A stretch of 62,891 bases of DNA, the filler included, from Rhabdomonas costata (Eukaryota), in assembly GCA_019059605.1 (NCBI GenBank). It is 36 parts of 36 records of this genome, joined end to end, with 100 filler letters (N's around TTAATTAATTAA, not from the genome) between each part and the next. Parts side by side here need not be neighbours in the genome. Positions count along the whole stretch, not along the records: positions 1 to 1,651 come from JAHMHO010011270.1; positions 1,752 to 3,402 come from JAHMHO010011271.1; positions 3,503 to 5,152 come from JAHMHO010011272.1; positions 5,253 to 6,907 come from JAHMHO010011273.1; positions 7,008 to 8,657 come from JAHMHO010011274.1; positions 8,758 to 10,405 come from JAHMHO010011275.1; positions 10,506 to 12,155 come from JAHMHO010011276.1; 29 more parts are not named here. One strand, written 5' to 3'. Each line of letters starts with the position of its first letter. Within the stretch, counting starts at the first letter, position 1. Shown in pieces: positions 1 through 12,092 of this stretch. Made by a program: the position numbers and the translations under genes. The notes under the pieces are model-generated. The model searched no databases, was not told the origin of the DNA, and worked only from the letters and a program-made list of their open reading frames with translations.

Positions 1-1651
1 GTTGTTGTGTAGTGACGGGCTCTCCCATCATCCCATGGCGCGTTCGGACGTGCACGCTTGCGGTTGAGTTTTTTTTTGGGGAGGGGTTCAGTCCTGCACA
101 TATGCACGTTGGATTGCTTGGATTGCTTTTAGGTGCGGATGTGTTTCGTGTTCGTGAGCGCCTGCCGTGAACTGGCTGGCTTAAACGACAGCGTTTTCAC
201 AACCCACATCAACAGCACCCACACCACACACCACCAGACCTGTACTCGACTTATTCCTCGACACGCTTATACACACCTCGTGCATGAAGGGTGCTGAAGC
301 AGCTCGGAGTTATTGCTCTCTCTCTCTTGTGCCCACAAGGTCGGGGGGTGACGGTGACCACTGGAAACCGTCACCTATCACCTACGGTAACAATTTTTTT
401 TCATTTTTCAATATTTAAGAAACGATGTTAAAGGCTCCTCCCCCCACGTTCCCGCCTAAGCCACTGCCCTCGGGCTGCACCGCCGACTGGCCTCCGTGCT
501 CCGCGTCGCTGGCCTTCACCCCAAAATAATGCTGTCGTACTCATCCACCCATATCCCAGCCATTGACGAGTCCTTTGCAAGCAAATAAAGTAAATATGAG
601 CTGATGAGCAAAAGTACGCATCTTGGAAGATCTGGCAATGTTTGCCTATCTTCCTTGCATAGTAATCATTATCATCTTGGTTCACCTGACCCCGTTCACG
701 GAAATACATCAAAAGCTTTAAGGTAGTTTACTGTTACCACTGGTGACAGTTACCAGTGGTAACAATAACCGTTACCACTCTCTGCCTCGTACGATGTTGT
801 CTCACTCTTCGAGTTGGATTTGGTGTTTGCCCCATTTTCCGCCGTGTGGCGTGCCTCTGGAGTGCTCATTGCTATGCTCCGCGAATGTGCCACTGCACGG
901 CTACTGATGTGTGGCCTCTGGTTTCTTTGCACGGAAGCTTACGTTTTTGAAAAGCAACTGTGAAAATCCCGGGATGCCGGGAAAGCGTTGCATTCCGAAG
1001 AAAAGAGAGAATACTATTTCGGCGGTCGGCTTGATGGAGAAATACACCTTGGGCGTCGGGTGATATTGTTGTGTAATTATTTTTGGCGCTTTTTTTGTGC
1101 ATATTGCTGACCGAAAACGTCCTTTTACAGCAGCTAAACACGGTTCTTCGTTACTGAGCAGGACGCCCAAGAGTAGCGCCCAAGATTGGGCAGTGTCCCA
1201 GTGCGTGTGCACAACTCTCCGTATGCGCCTCTTGGTCCGAATACGTGTGTTCGTTCCTGAGAGCCCGTTTAAGCCAACGTTTTTCGTTAGTGCTGGAAGA
1301 GGCAGACAACGTGGCTCCAACCTGTCCTTTTGCCGGGGGGGGGGCAGCAGAAACTGAGTTTACGAAAAGGGCATACAAAAACCGAGTGCTCAGGCGATTG
1401 ACACAAAATTCCATGTGAGACTTTGACACACACCGTGATGACCTTGCTTCTTTACAGTGTGAGATTGTTCTTTGGCTGTTGCTTTTTCTTCTTTTTCTTT
1501 TTGCTTTCTGTTTTCACTGCATTTTCTTGCACGTTGTTGCGTCTGTGTGTGACCCTTGCCGTTGCCTGAGAGGGGGGCGTCCTATGGCTCCCGTTTCAGG
1601 ACGACGGATTTCCGCCCTCGCCTGCGTTCTGTGTGCTACGGTGTTGGGGGG

Positions 1652-1751
1652 NNNNNNNNNNNNNNNNNNNNNNNNNNNNNNNNNNNNNNNNNNNNTTAAT
1701 TAATTAANNNNNNNNNNNNNNNNNNNNNNNNNNNNNNNNNNNNNNNNNNNN
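1652..1751. other. Artificial contig-joining spacer (44 N + TTAATTAATTAA + 44 N); first of 35
   Basis: Same 100-nt spacer starts at 1652, 3403, 5153, 6908, 8658, 10406, 12156, 13904, 15654, 17400, 19150, 20901, 22651, 24401, 26150, 27898, 29648, 31398, 33150, 34901, 36629, 38379, 40129, 41878, 43627, 45376, 47145, 48893, 50642, 52392, 54143, 55896, 57645, 59394, 61143. The palindromic linker gives TAA stops in all six frames. Confidence 0.99.
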
Positions 1752-2659
1752 GGGGGTGGGGGAGTGTGCTTGGCCAGGGGCGAAGTAGACAAGCGCAGTC
1801 CACGCCCACATCTCACCGGCCACAGGCTTCAGGTCCCCTGCCTCCACATGGCTCGAAAAAAGGGAGAGTTGCTTCCAACAAAGGTGAAAGTTCCACGCTA
1901 CTGCAGTGAGAAGAAGATCACTAGCGCCGCTGTGAAAGCCCCACACCCAAGAAAAAGGTGAAAACATGAATTGTGCACATACACTCACTCCCAAACCCTA
2001 TGGAGTGAGTGTCACAACGCCGTCCACCCCATCTAACTCCATCAAAACTCTCAAACGTTTTACTTCTCTTCTGGGCGAAGTTGAGAGTAAAACATAAGGC
2101 CCCGCCGGATTCAGGATAACTTCGATCCTGCAGACCGAAAAACATTTTACAACTACACCAGGCCCCATAAATTACAGGGGAATAGGAATTTGAAGAGCGA
2201 AGGAACTAGAACTGAAGAGGAGCGAAGGTGAGTGAGTGAGTGAGTGAAGGGGAATAATAGCGTGCGGCAAATTTTAGAACAACCCATACAGCATATAGCC
2301 ACCCGTGCAGTCCCACATCTGAACGGTTTCTTGTTGTAAAACCGCTTCCCGTTTGGCATACGGCGAGGAAGAATTCGTTGTTTTTGAAAGACAACAGACA
2401 CCAAACGGTGGGCATCCTCTGAGATGGAAAGAAGCCATGCACGCATGGTCTCTAACATACAACTCACTCTTCTCTCTTTCTCGCTACTAAGCAATCCACA
2501 GAGACAAGGCTGGGGTAAAACCAAATAAAGCCGTGAAACGATCTACAGAGATGTTTTTGTGCCGTATACCGCTAACCGCCAGCCGTTGTCGGTTACATAG
2601 TTTTTTCCACCGTTCCACGAAAATTAACCGAACCCCGACAGACAGGAACAGGCGCCCAC

Positions 2660-2797
2660 CGACGAGGGTGAAGACGATGAACAGTAGGCAGCACAGGGTC
2701 TTCCGGGAGGCCTTCTGGTGCGCCGCGGCGCGCCGCAGCTCCGTGTTGGCCTGCGCGGTGCGCGTCACCGTGACCTGCAGATGATCCTCCATCAGAT
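2660..2797 (-). CDS. Syntaxin (Qa-SNARE) internal exon: end of SNARE helix plus start of TM anchor
   Basis: CAG|...|GT exon of 138 nt translating DLMEDHLQVTVTRTAQANTELRRAAAHQKASRKTLCCLLFIVFTLV; matches the syntaxin 'ANxEL++AxxxQ+xxR+xxCCLL' plus hydrophobic pattern. Confidence 0.75.
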
Positions 2798-4829
2798 CTG
2801 TTGTGGGGGGGGACCTCACTCCACACCACACAAGCGCACCGCCATCGCCATCGCCCCTCCACATAGCCTTTCTTTCTTCTCGTTCCTTTTTGGGGGTTGT
2901 CTTTTTCATTCAGGCCTCAAAAACTGGTCATTTTGGGCTTTAAAATCATTGGGTAATTGTGACTTAACTGAGGAAACGTGTGTGTGCACTGGTGGGTGGC
3001 TCTTCCATACTCAGTGAAACTGAGTATGGAAGAGCCAAAACCTGCACATAAAGACTATGTTGGGACGCTTTCCGCTGAAGATTAGCCTTGAACAATGGAG
3101 ACTGGGGTAGAATACATTCAAGCAGTTTTCTACCTGAGCGGCGAGCCTTTCGGGAACTTACTACAATTGAATTGCGTCCAATATGAAGTATACGCAACGA
3201 AGAGCTCCGTGCCAGCCAAATTTCTTCTCAAACCTGCTCCACAGCTGTTGTCGGTCGTGGCCGCTCGTCGCAGCATTAAGTCCATGTTCAGGGATGGGTC
3301 AGAAAAACACAAACCCTCCAGCCTCAAGCATTTACATGGGCACTTAGCTTTTGCCGCGGAGGTGGCGTGGATGGCGCTGGAAGAGGGAGGCGGGAAAACA
3401 TTNNNNNNNNNNNNNNNNNNNNNNNNNNNNNNNNNNNNNNNNNNNNTTAATTAATTAANNNNNNNNNNNNNNNNNNNNNNNNNNNNNNNNNNNNNNNNNN
3501 NNGTTGTGTGGTCTCTGTATGTTGAATGACTATTGCTGCACTCCTTCGCGTGTTAAATCTCCCTGGACATTTTTATTTCATGGACCGCGTGCTTTGGCAC
3601 TGTCATGACAAAGTACGCGGTCCATGAAATAAAAATGTCCAGGGAGATTTAACACGCGAAGGAGTGCAGCAATAGTCATTCAGCATACAGAGACCTGACA
3701 CCTGTCACGCTGAAACCTTGTGAACTGCTCAATGCGCTCCCCCCCCCTCCTCCTCCTCCGATGGTCACAGACCTGTATGAGGGACATCGTGACGCCTAAC
3801 CGCAGGCGGGTTTCGGGGAGCGGTTTGCGCAGGAGGGCGAGGCTGGACCGCCCTTTTGCCATGGCCATGTCGCCCTCGGCGCAGGGAGTAGCACGGGGGC
3901 GAACGGGGGCGAGCCGGCGGGCGACAAGGGTAGGGATGCTTTAGAAGGGGCCGGGGATCTGCCTCATAGACCCGAGCAAACCATGGCTCACACCCTGCCA
4001 TCCTGTGCACCTCCCACCACACTAGCTCCACGTTGGCGACACACGGTGGCGATGACGACCAATTGGTCTCATGCCCTTCCTGAAACGAACAACTCAAAAC
4101 TAGCACTTGAACATTTAGTTGCTGTGCAGTCTCCGAAACAATGAAGAAAACCTGCAGAATGAAAGAATGCAGCACAGGAGGACACAGACTCCAAATCAAA
4201 TCTCGAAAACTCTGCGCCCTGGGTGAGCAGCTTAACGGCTAATTAAGTCCGGCAGCGCCATATAAACCCAAATCCAAATGTCTCCTTTGAATGCACTCTC
4301 GTGGAGAGAAGCTCAGAACAAGCACAACTGTTCTCCCCCAGCCGAGGGGGTGGAGCCACTGTACACCGATGGATAGTACGAAAGGAGGGGGAAGGTGAGG
4401 TGAAAGCACAAAAGGAGGGGGAAGCAAGGCGGCCAAAGGAACTACAGAATGCATGCACAGTGCAGGGCGCTGCTCTGCGGCGACAATGAGACGTCGCCGT
4501 TCCTTCCTCCCTCCTCCCATTCTCCCTCCTGCTCATGTCCCACGAAGTCCAAGGCCCTGCTCCCCCAACCCCGGCACTTCCTTCACAGGACACGTTCACT
4601 GATCCTTTTTGCGTTCTCCGCTCTGACAGCAAATGAGTGAGGTGCCAAACATCTCACTCAAAATGCAGCATCAGAGGCAAAACTTTACTCCACTCTCCAC
4701 ACTGCTTCACGACAGGAAAAAATAACATTGGAAAAGGCCTCCCTTCTTTTTCTTTTCCAATATGGCATACACACTCATACATCACATGCAGGTATTCCTA
4801 CTTTTCTCCCAATTAACCCTTCAGAGACC

Positions 4830-4946
4830 TCACTTCTCCTCCAGGTAGCGGTTGAACTTGAACTCCTTCGACCACAGCGTCTTCACCTCGTAGTCCTCGA
4901 TGGTGCCCTCGATCACACCTTCCCCTTGGTGCCCCGTCGCCTTAAC
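4830..4946 (-). CDS. Terminal exon of an unidentified protein
   Basis: GCAG acceptor, then VKATGHQGEGVIEGTIEDYEVKTLWSKEFKFNRYLEEK-TGA with strong GC3 codon bias. Not shown in the ORF track because it has no start codon. Confidence 0.6.
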   Translation of the reverse strand, partial: VKATGHQGEGVIEGTIEDYEVKTLWSKEFKFNRYLEEK

Positions 4947-5401
4947 CTGCGAGTCAGAACGACAGAGACGTACACACACAAAGAGTTCAAAAAAGTGCAT
5001 CATCGCTTTACACCTATCGCAGCTTGGAAGAATTCTCGGCGTAAAAGTGCTTCAGCTCCTATGGTGTTCCTTCACTTATCCCACGCTGCGTCTCTTGTTG
5101 TCCGAAGTAATTCTCACACAATTTCAATAAAGGCCTGCGCGAAAAAAACACANNNNNNNNNNNNNNNNNNNNNNNNNNNNNNNNNNNNNNNNNNNNTTAA
5201 TTAATTAANNNNNNNNNNNNNNNNNNNNNNNNNNNNNNNNNNNNNNNNNNNNGGTTTGGGCCTGGGGGCTTCGACAGGGGCTTGGGCTGTCTGCGGCGGC
5301 TGACACCAACTTCTCGGGTGTGTATCTATATGTGTGTCTGTACGTATCACGAGGAGAGAAAAGTGTGGTTTCCCCAGAATAAAGTTACCCTTGCCAAAAT
5401 A

Positions 5402-5429
5402 GTGTGTGTGTGTGTGTGTGTGTGTGTGT
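5402..5429 (+). repeat. (GT)n microsatellite
   Basis: Perfect GT dinucleotide run. Confidence 0.95.
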
Positions 5430-6068
5430 TCTTGTGCACCGTACCTCTCCGCCGCTTCGGTGCTTGCGCTTGAGTTCTCCTCACCCGCACTTTCAGAAGG
5501 GAAGGGAAGGAGCGCGGGAAAAGAGGGCTTTCGTTCTTTTTCAAGAAAACAGACAGCATGAGGCGTGACCTGCAGTGTGCTTTTGCCCTTTGGTCCGGAC
5601 ACCAAAGGAAGTTGAAGTTCACGCTCAACTCGCAACAAACTTTTGGTTACCACTCCAGCCCTCAGCGTAGATGTGCTGCAGCCCTATTACAGGCAAGCAA
5701 CGGAGATCCCCTTCTCTGCTCACAGCCGAAATCATGAAGCCACTGCGTGGGTGGAGTTACAGGTCTCTGCGCTGGGGAAATAAGCGGCCCAAGATAGACA
5801 GGAAGATCCGCCAAGGCGCTCGGGGGTTCCGGCCTGAGGGTACAAGGAACCCGGGCCTGCTTCGGTTGTGCCCTCGCAGCTAAAGAACTCCTCCGTAAAA
5901 AAGTCTCTTGTATCGATTTCCATCTCTTGGCCAGGAAACGCGCTGATATGCATACTTCATCTGTGTTGGAAAACCCGGGTTTGGCGGCTTTTTATATGCG
6001 AGGATTATTTTTTGCTGGAAGCAACTTTGGTGCAAAGAAAAAACAATGGTTATGGTCCATCTTTTCAG

Positions 6069-6371
6069 ACCCAGAGCAGTCGGGATGCCTCCCTGGCAGT
6101 GGGCTACCTCAAGGACGTCGTGGAGTATGACTTCAGCACGGGTGTTTGTGTTGCAACTTTCGAGAAGGGATACAGCGTGAAACAAGGTTTCAAGGGCTGG
6201 GGGTGGTGATTGCCCATGTTGGCAGTCCGCATATGCTTTTTCAGATGGCCGTGGCGTACGAGTCAGGGGAGGGACCTTTTCTCATGCACATAATCTTCAC
6301 AGGCCATGGTGTGCTTTTCACCTCACTGGTGAAAGTGGAATCAGCCGATGTCTATGTGTATGGCCGCGCAG
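6069..6371 (+). CDS. Two putative exons of an unknown protein
   Basis: AG|TQSSRDASLAVGYLKDVVEYDFST|GT and AG|GHGVLFTSLVKVESADVYVYGRA|GT join in phase 1; no family recognised. Confidence 0.4.
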
Positions 6372-8757
6372 GTGCTTGGCGGGAACTGCGGTGTTCCGGG
6401 GTGGGTCAGGACTTCCGCGCCCGCCACACCGCAATTGTCTACCGCAAGCCCTTCACTGTTCAAGGGGAGGACTCCGAATACAGGTCCCCTGAGCGAGTGC
6501 CCTCATCCCATGTGTAATTTCAAAAATGGTTTCCCGCCGAATTCTAAATTTCATCTCAGAAAACCTTCCCCGTGTTTTCAGGCATTCATTTTCAGCATTC
6601 CAAGCTCTGATCCTATCTTCCCCAACCAGTTTGGTAGGTCTCGAGGTGCCGGGTCGTCTGTGGGGCCCCACCCCGTTTCCTGAACACCGTGGGTGTATGC
6701 CAGTTTTTCTCTCCATTTATGGGTCAGTCCGCCATGCCCACCACCACCACCACTTCCGCCGCCCCAGTCACGGCGTGTGCTGTCTTCAGGGGGCTCGCCA
6801 TGATGGTCTTCGGCGGCTGGCACATCGCCGTCCGCGAGCGCATCACTCGGGCCGAGCCCTCCGTGCTGGTCTCCCAGCTGCTGCACCACCACCGTCACCA
6901 CCACCCCNNNNNNNNNNNNNNNNNNNNNNNNNNNNNNNNNNNNNNNNNNNNTTAATTAATTAANNNNNNNNNNNNNNNNNNNNNNNNNNNNNNNNNNNNN
7001 NNNNNNNCCGAGGTGGGTTGTGTACAGCGTTGGGGCCGGGGCATTTCACAGACTGCAAAACCGTCAAAAAGCAAGGGAGAGAGAAGAAAGAAAGAGGGGG
7101 CCGGGGACCAGCGCGACACAAAGTTTCAAGGGCATGCTGGCCAATTCTTTTGCTATAAGCAATCATCACGCGGGCAGCCGTAAAAAGCCTCGCCAAAACC
7201 CCTCGGTACAGCGATCATTTTCGGCGAGTGCAGACCACATCGACATGACAAAAGTCAGATGCGTACACTGGTCTACCCATCGACTTTGTCGCCAACACTG
7301 AAAGTTCGGAAACTCTTCTCCTATAGCAGAAAAAGCAAGAACTCGTCACAAACAACTGCAGCCATGAAGTGCCAAAGAGCCAGCGTGCGACTTCCTCTCC
7401 CCACCAATACATTAAGCGACAACCCCGGGGGGCAACTTAGATGCTGCTGGGGTACAGGTAGACGCGAACCTTGCGGCCGATCGCCGTGGAGGGCAGGTTT
7501 GGGTGGAACCGGCAGCGCACCATCCCACTCTTACCGTGGGCCATGATAACCCTATGGGTAGAAGGAGAACAGCAAAAGGTCGAAAAATAGGTCGAAAACG
7601 TCAATGAATAAATTCTTAGAACAAAAACAAAATTCAAATCTGCTGGCATTGCGTTGCTCTAACATTCACAGAGGTTTGTTACTAACATACTTACTTACAG
7701 CATGAGACCTTCTGCTAGCACTGCAACATTTGGGGAAGGGAAGAGGCCTTTCGAAATTCCGGACCCAATCAAGTGACCCCTTCTCTCAGGCTGACGCGAG
7801 ACTGGAGACGCAGTGAGGCAGGGATCCAGACTTAAGGAGACAAATATTGCTCCAAAAGAAAGGGATGAGAAAAGTAGCCATCACAACCCACTTCTTCCAA
7901 ACCCCATACTTGCCCCAGATGGCGCGGTATCGGTTGATGCATTTCTCGGGGGCCTGCGCAGCTCGGGCGTGGCGCCTCTTTGTCTTACCTGTTCGCGTGC
8001 GTGTGCGCACGTGAACGCATGCGGCAGCAAAGTATAGCCAGGGAACTTAGCAGCTGGGGACACCATTCATTTGCACTCTAGTCCACTGCCAAACCCAACT
8101 GTTCTCATCGATTCCTAAAAGGACAAACCCCCACAGCATTCTCTCAACAAGAAACAAAGAGTGCAAAAGTTTGCGAACGCCCAATGCCATTAAAAGCAAT
8201 CAAGCTGCAAAAATATTGCGCCTGCACTCAGTACCGCAGATGGCACGGGGCATTAGGATGGCTGTATCGCTCATTGCAGCGGGAAGGAAATGAGAAGAGC
8301 AGGGAACAAAGCCCCAAGACAGCAGCAAAGCACACCCTTGTAGACGAAGGCGACCCGCTTCCCCAGGTAGAACCTGGTGTCCCCACGGATCTTCACACCC
8401 TTTTGGAAAAGACCGATTGGAGAGAGCAGCAGGAGAGGTTATGGAGCATTAGGTAAAGGGAGCACACGCCTGCCGTTTCGTGCCCAAGAATTTATACAGA
8501 GCATGGGCGACTTGCATGAGCTGAGACCACGGGTTATCCGGGGCCAGGCGTTGCATGGAAATAAATCGTCTAAGAAGTGAACAGCATGCAACGGAAGAAA
8601 AGCTGAGCATCTGAAATTGCACCAGCAGGCAATGAAGCGTAAGATGTACCCAACACANNNNNNNNNNNNNNNNNNNNNNNNNNNNNNNNNNNNNNNNNNN
8701 NTTAATTAATTAANNNNNNNNNNNNNNNNNNNNNNNNNNNNNNNNNNNNNNNNNNNN

Positions 8758-10241
8758 CGTGAACAGTGACTCCGGCATGTATCTGTGTGCAAGTGTGGGG
8801 TGGGTGCTGCAAAGGCAAAGGACCGACGAAACTAGGGCACGTCCAGCTACTCAGCGGGCGACCAAAAGCATAAACCAATATACCAGCGCACATAGGAGAA
8901 GGAAGAGCGTCTGGAAATTCAGCCGATGGCAATCCCCTATGGGGCTCTACTTCCTTTTTGCCTGTCGAGGTCTATGCCCGCATACTTGCGGTACTCCTTT
9001 AGCGCCGACGCGAGCCCGTTGAAGGCCACCATCAGAGTCGCCACCTCGGACAGCGCGGATAGCCGCTCGAAGGGCCGCACCTGCGCCACGTCCATCTGCT
9101 GCAGCAGTGCCAGTTGGGCGATGATCCGCAGCAGCGGGGAGGTCGCCAGCCGCACCATCACCAGCACCGCAAGAGAGAGCCTGACCCCACCACCACCAAA
9201 GACCAAAGGGTGGGCTTAGTGGACCAGTTAGACGGACAATGGATTCGCTTTTGGCTTCAACTCTCTCAACCAAACAAGGAAGGAACCAGACATCAAAACA
9301 ACAATGCCGGGCGCCGCGACAAATAACAGGCAGCAATCCGATGCATGAATACACATGGAGGGGAAGACATGCAAGAAACATGAGGGGAAGGCACAATCCA
9401 CTCATGCACCCTAGGACGCAGGCGGCGACCAGGCCAACCGTCAGAGGCACCCCCGAGGTGATGTACGAGATCCACACTGACCTCTTGGTGGCGACCACCA
9501 GAACCCAGTCCAGACCCTGAAGGATGTTCAGCGTGTGAGCACGTGAACGTACTTGTGTGTGCGCGTGTCAGCGGGTTGAAGTGGTGCATACGACGTGAGG
9601 CGTGGCTGCGCGGGGTTAAAGGGGCGTCGATCAGAGGGGCACAAGGTCATTTTCCTCGAGAAGGGTTTGCCAAGTGTGACCCAGAATTCCAAAAAAAAAC
9701 AATGTGCGAAGAGCAAGCAGCGAAATGCGAAAACACAGGGGTCCGGGCCAACAGCCGCCCCCTCCCCTGGAATTTCGCAAGTGCACGGTGACCAATGCTA
9801 AATGTTGCATTACTAACGAAAATTTGAAGCGGGTCAGACACCCGTCCCAATTGGTGACGCATCCCGGACATCCCGGATGTTGACATGGATGTCACATATC
9901 GAGTTCATAATCGGCGCCTTTAATAGGGAGGGGAGGGAGGGGACGTCCCCCACCGTCATCTGGATCCCCCGGACATGGGCGTAGTAACCCCCCGCCGCGA
10001 AGTCCCAGCCCTCTGCCGTGGTGAACCGGGCCCATCCCAGCGCCGGGTCCACCGCCACCGCCTCCGAGGCGATCTCACGGATGACCTCGCTGGAGGCTTC
10101 CAGGGCCAGCAGCACCTGTGCGGTGCCCGTGACGGGGTCCGCGGAGCCCAGGCTCTGCCCGGGAAGGCTGGAGGCCAGCAGGGCCCCTGAGGTGCGCTCC
10201 ACGAGGAAGATCACCGTGTCCGGAAGAAGCCGAGCCGTGGT
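8758..10241 (-). CDS. Receptor-type nucleotide cyclase-like protein fragment (Cache-like sensor, TM, HAMP); 4 exons
   Basis: Exons 10241-9954, 9516-9410, 9180-8986 and 8782-8758 are GT-AG bounded and phase-compatible: ...IFLVERTSGALLASS...GLDWVLVVA...GLVAACVLGLSLAVLVMVRLATSPLLRI...SALSEVATLMVAFNGLASALKEYRKYMPESLF. GLDW-hydrophobic, HAMP and 'YRKYMP' motifs typically precede class III cyclase domains. Confidence 0.75.
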
Positions 10242-11429
10242 CTGTGGAACGAGGGAATGACGGCATCCGCAAAAAAAAGACACAGTGCAAGGTTTGCCAA
10301 ACTCACCCTCTGATCTTGACCCAAATTTAAATCAGAAAGGAGGAAACCCAAACATCGCCTTTACCACAATTTTATAGTCAACCCATACCGTACCCCCTAT
10401 CCCACNNNNNNNNNNNNNNNNNNNNNNNNNNNNNNNNNNNNNNNNNNNNTTAATTAATTAANNNNNNNNNNNNNNNNNNNNNNNNNNNNNNNNNNNNNNN
10501 NNNNNGGGGTTGGTGGGGGCCTCGGAAATCGGCCCAGGCATGTGTTTCTCCGGTTGATTCGGGCATTTCCTCGGTTTTGTGTGCACTGTTTTTGTTGAAT
10601 AGTTCAGCTTGGAAATCAAATCATCTCACCGTTGTTTTCTCCTGGATGGTTAGTACTGCTGTCCAATTGGGACGTATTTCAGAGCGCGACTTTGACCTTC
10701 GGCACCCATGCAGTCGTAGAACGCACCCGTCTCCTCTGCTTTGTCCAGGTCCAGCCGGCGCTTCTTGGATTTCTGGGCCGCGGCACTGGAGGCTCCCTCA
10801 GGCCCCGGTGAATTGCCAGACTCTCATTCTCAGAAGCGGGGACTCCAGGCCATTTCCAGAGACACTTTCAGAACAGTTTCCTCAAACACTGACACACGTG
10901 CTTGAGGGGCGTGCCCACACACAGCCGACATCTCACAGCGAGAGTAGCCCGACATAAGTGCATGAGAGTGCATGAGCCCCACGGACCCCTCTGCCTGGGG
11001 CAGATTATTTTCCCGGGAAGGTCATCACCGCACCGGCGAAGCCGCGGCGCGGGCTGAGCCAAGCACCTGAGCGCCACACACGTATCCGCGAAATTGAAAT
11101 ATAAGGCCAGCACGGGCTTAGGAGGCGGTGTACGCGCGGGGTGTGCCCAGCACGTGGGCGTCAAACGCTTCCGAGCGACCTCGTTTGGTCCGAACGGTAC
11201 TCACGGCTAAATAGCGAATGCTATTTGTGAATAGCAAACGCAACTCACGGCTGGGTAGCAAACGCTACTCATGAATAGCGTTCGCTATTCACGGGGGTGA
11301 ATAGCCGGGGGAGGGGACAAAAGAGTCCAAGACCGTTGCCTCAACAGTGCTTGAGTGATTGTGCGTCTTTGTATGTGTTAAAAAACCTCACCCCTTCGGC
11401 GCGGGCAAAAGGTAAGAACGAAGCCATAC

Positions 11430-12092
11430 CCTCAGACTCCCCGTGACGAATCAGGATGATTCGTTTCGGTCGTGCTGCACGAACCCGTTCCTGAGAGAAA
11501 GAGGGATCAAAGTCATGTTCGAGCAAACAATGAACTACAAAGAGACAGAAGGAGAAAGAAGTCAAGGGGCGGTGGGAGACCGTACAAGCCCTTAGGGAAG
11601 ATCCCAGCCCCGGAAGATCCTAAAGGTCTTTCACATTAAGGCACTACTCAATTTTTAAGCCTTCTTTTTTTTTAACGAGATGGCAGAATAAATCAAAGAG
11701 TTCAGGAATGGAACAATGTCAAACCTCAAAGCAAAGCATGGATAGACATATAAAAACACGAGATCATAAAGACTAATAGATAATTTAAATATTTATTCCT
11801 GAGCAGGGCCCCCCAAATGCAGTGCATCGAATTTTAATGTTTGCGATTCCCAATGCTAGTGCGTGCGCGCTCACTCTCGGTAGGTGTGCTGTAGCTATCC
11901 TCCGATGAGCAAAAGTGCGGAATCAGCGCTCAAATTGAAATGGAGGGGATTACCACGTAACAGAGCGAGCAAAGCAATGCCAACACTCTACAAAAAGGAT
12001 GCAAATGCAACAATAATACACGGTGCCGCATTCAAGAGGACCTTGGAGTGTGCCGACAACTCCCCTTCCAGCGCATGAATACGGGCCTTCAG
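11430..12092 (-). CDS. Histidine phosphatase / phosphoglycerate mutase family N-terminal exons
   Basis: Exon 11490-11430 (CAG|...|GTATGG) reads ERVRAARPKRIILIRHGESE(G), with the catalytic RHG motif. Probable upstream exon 12092-12042 reads LKARIHALEGELSAHSK. Confidence 0.75.

Noticed and set aside
1696..1707. Regularly spaced TTAATTAATTAA palindrome suggesting a repeat array or CRISPR
   Set aside because: Always centred in N runs; it is a synthetic six-frame stop linker. ORFs ending in X...LIN or X...N are artefacts of it.
11335..11340. Possible 6-nt micro-exon (AG|GCAACG|GT) extending RHGESE to GN
   Set aside because: Too short to distinguish from chance, and no following phosphatase exon was found.
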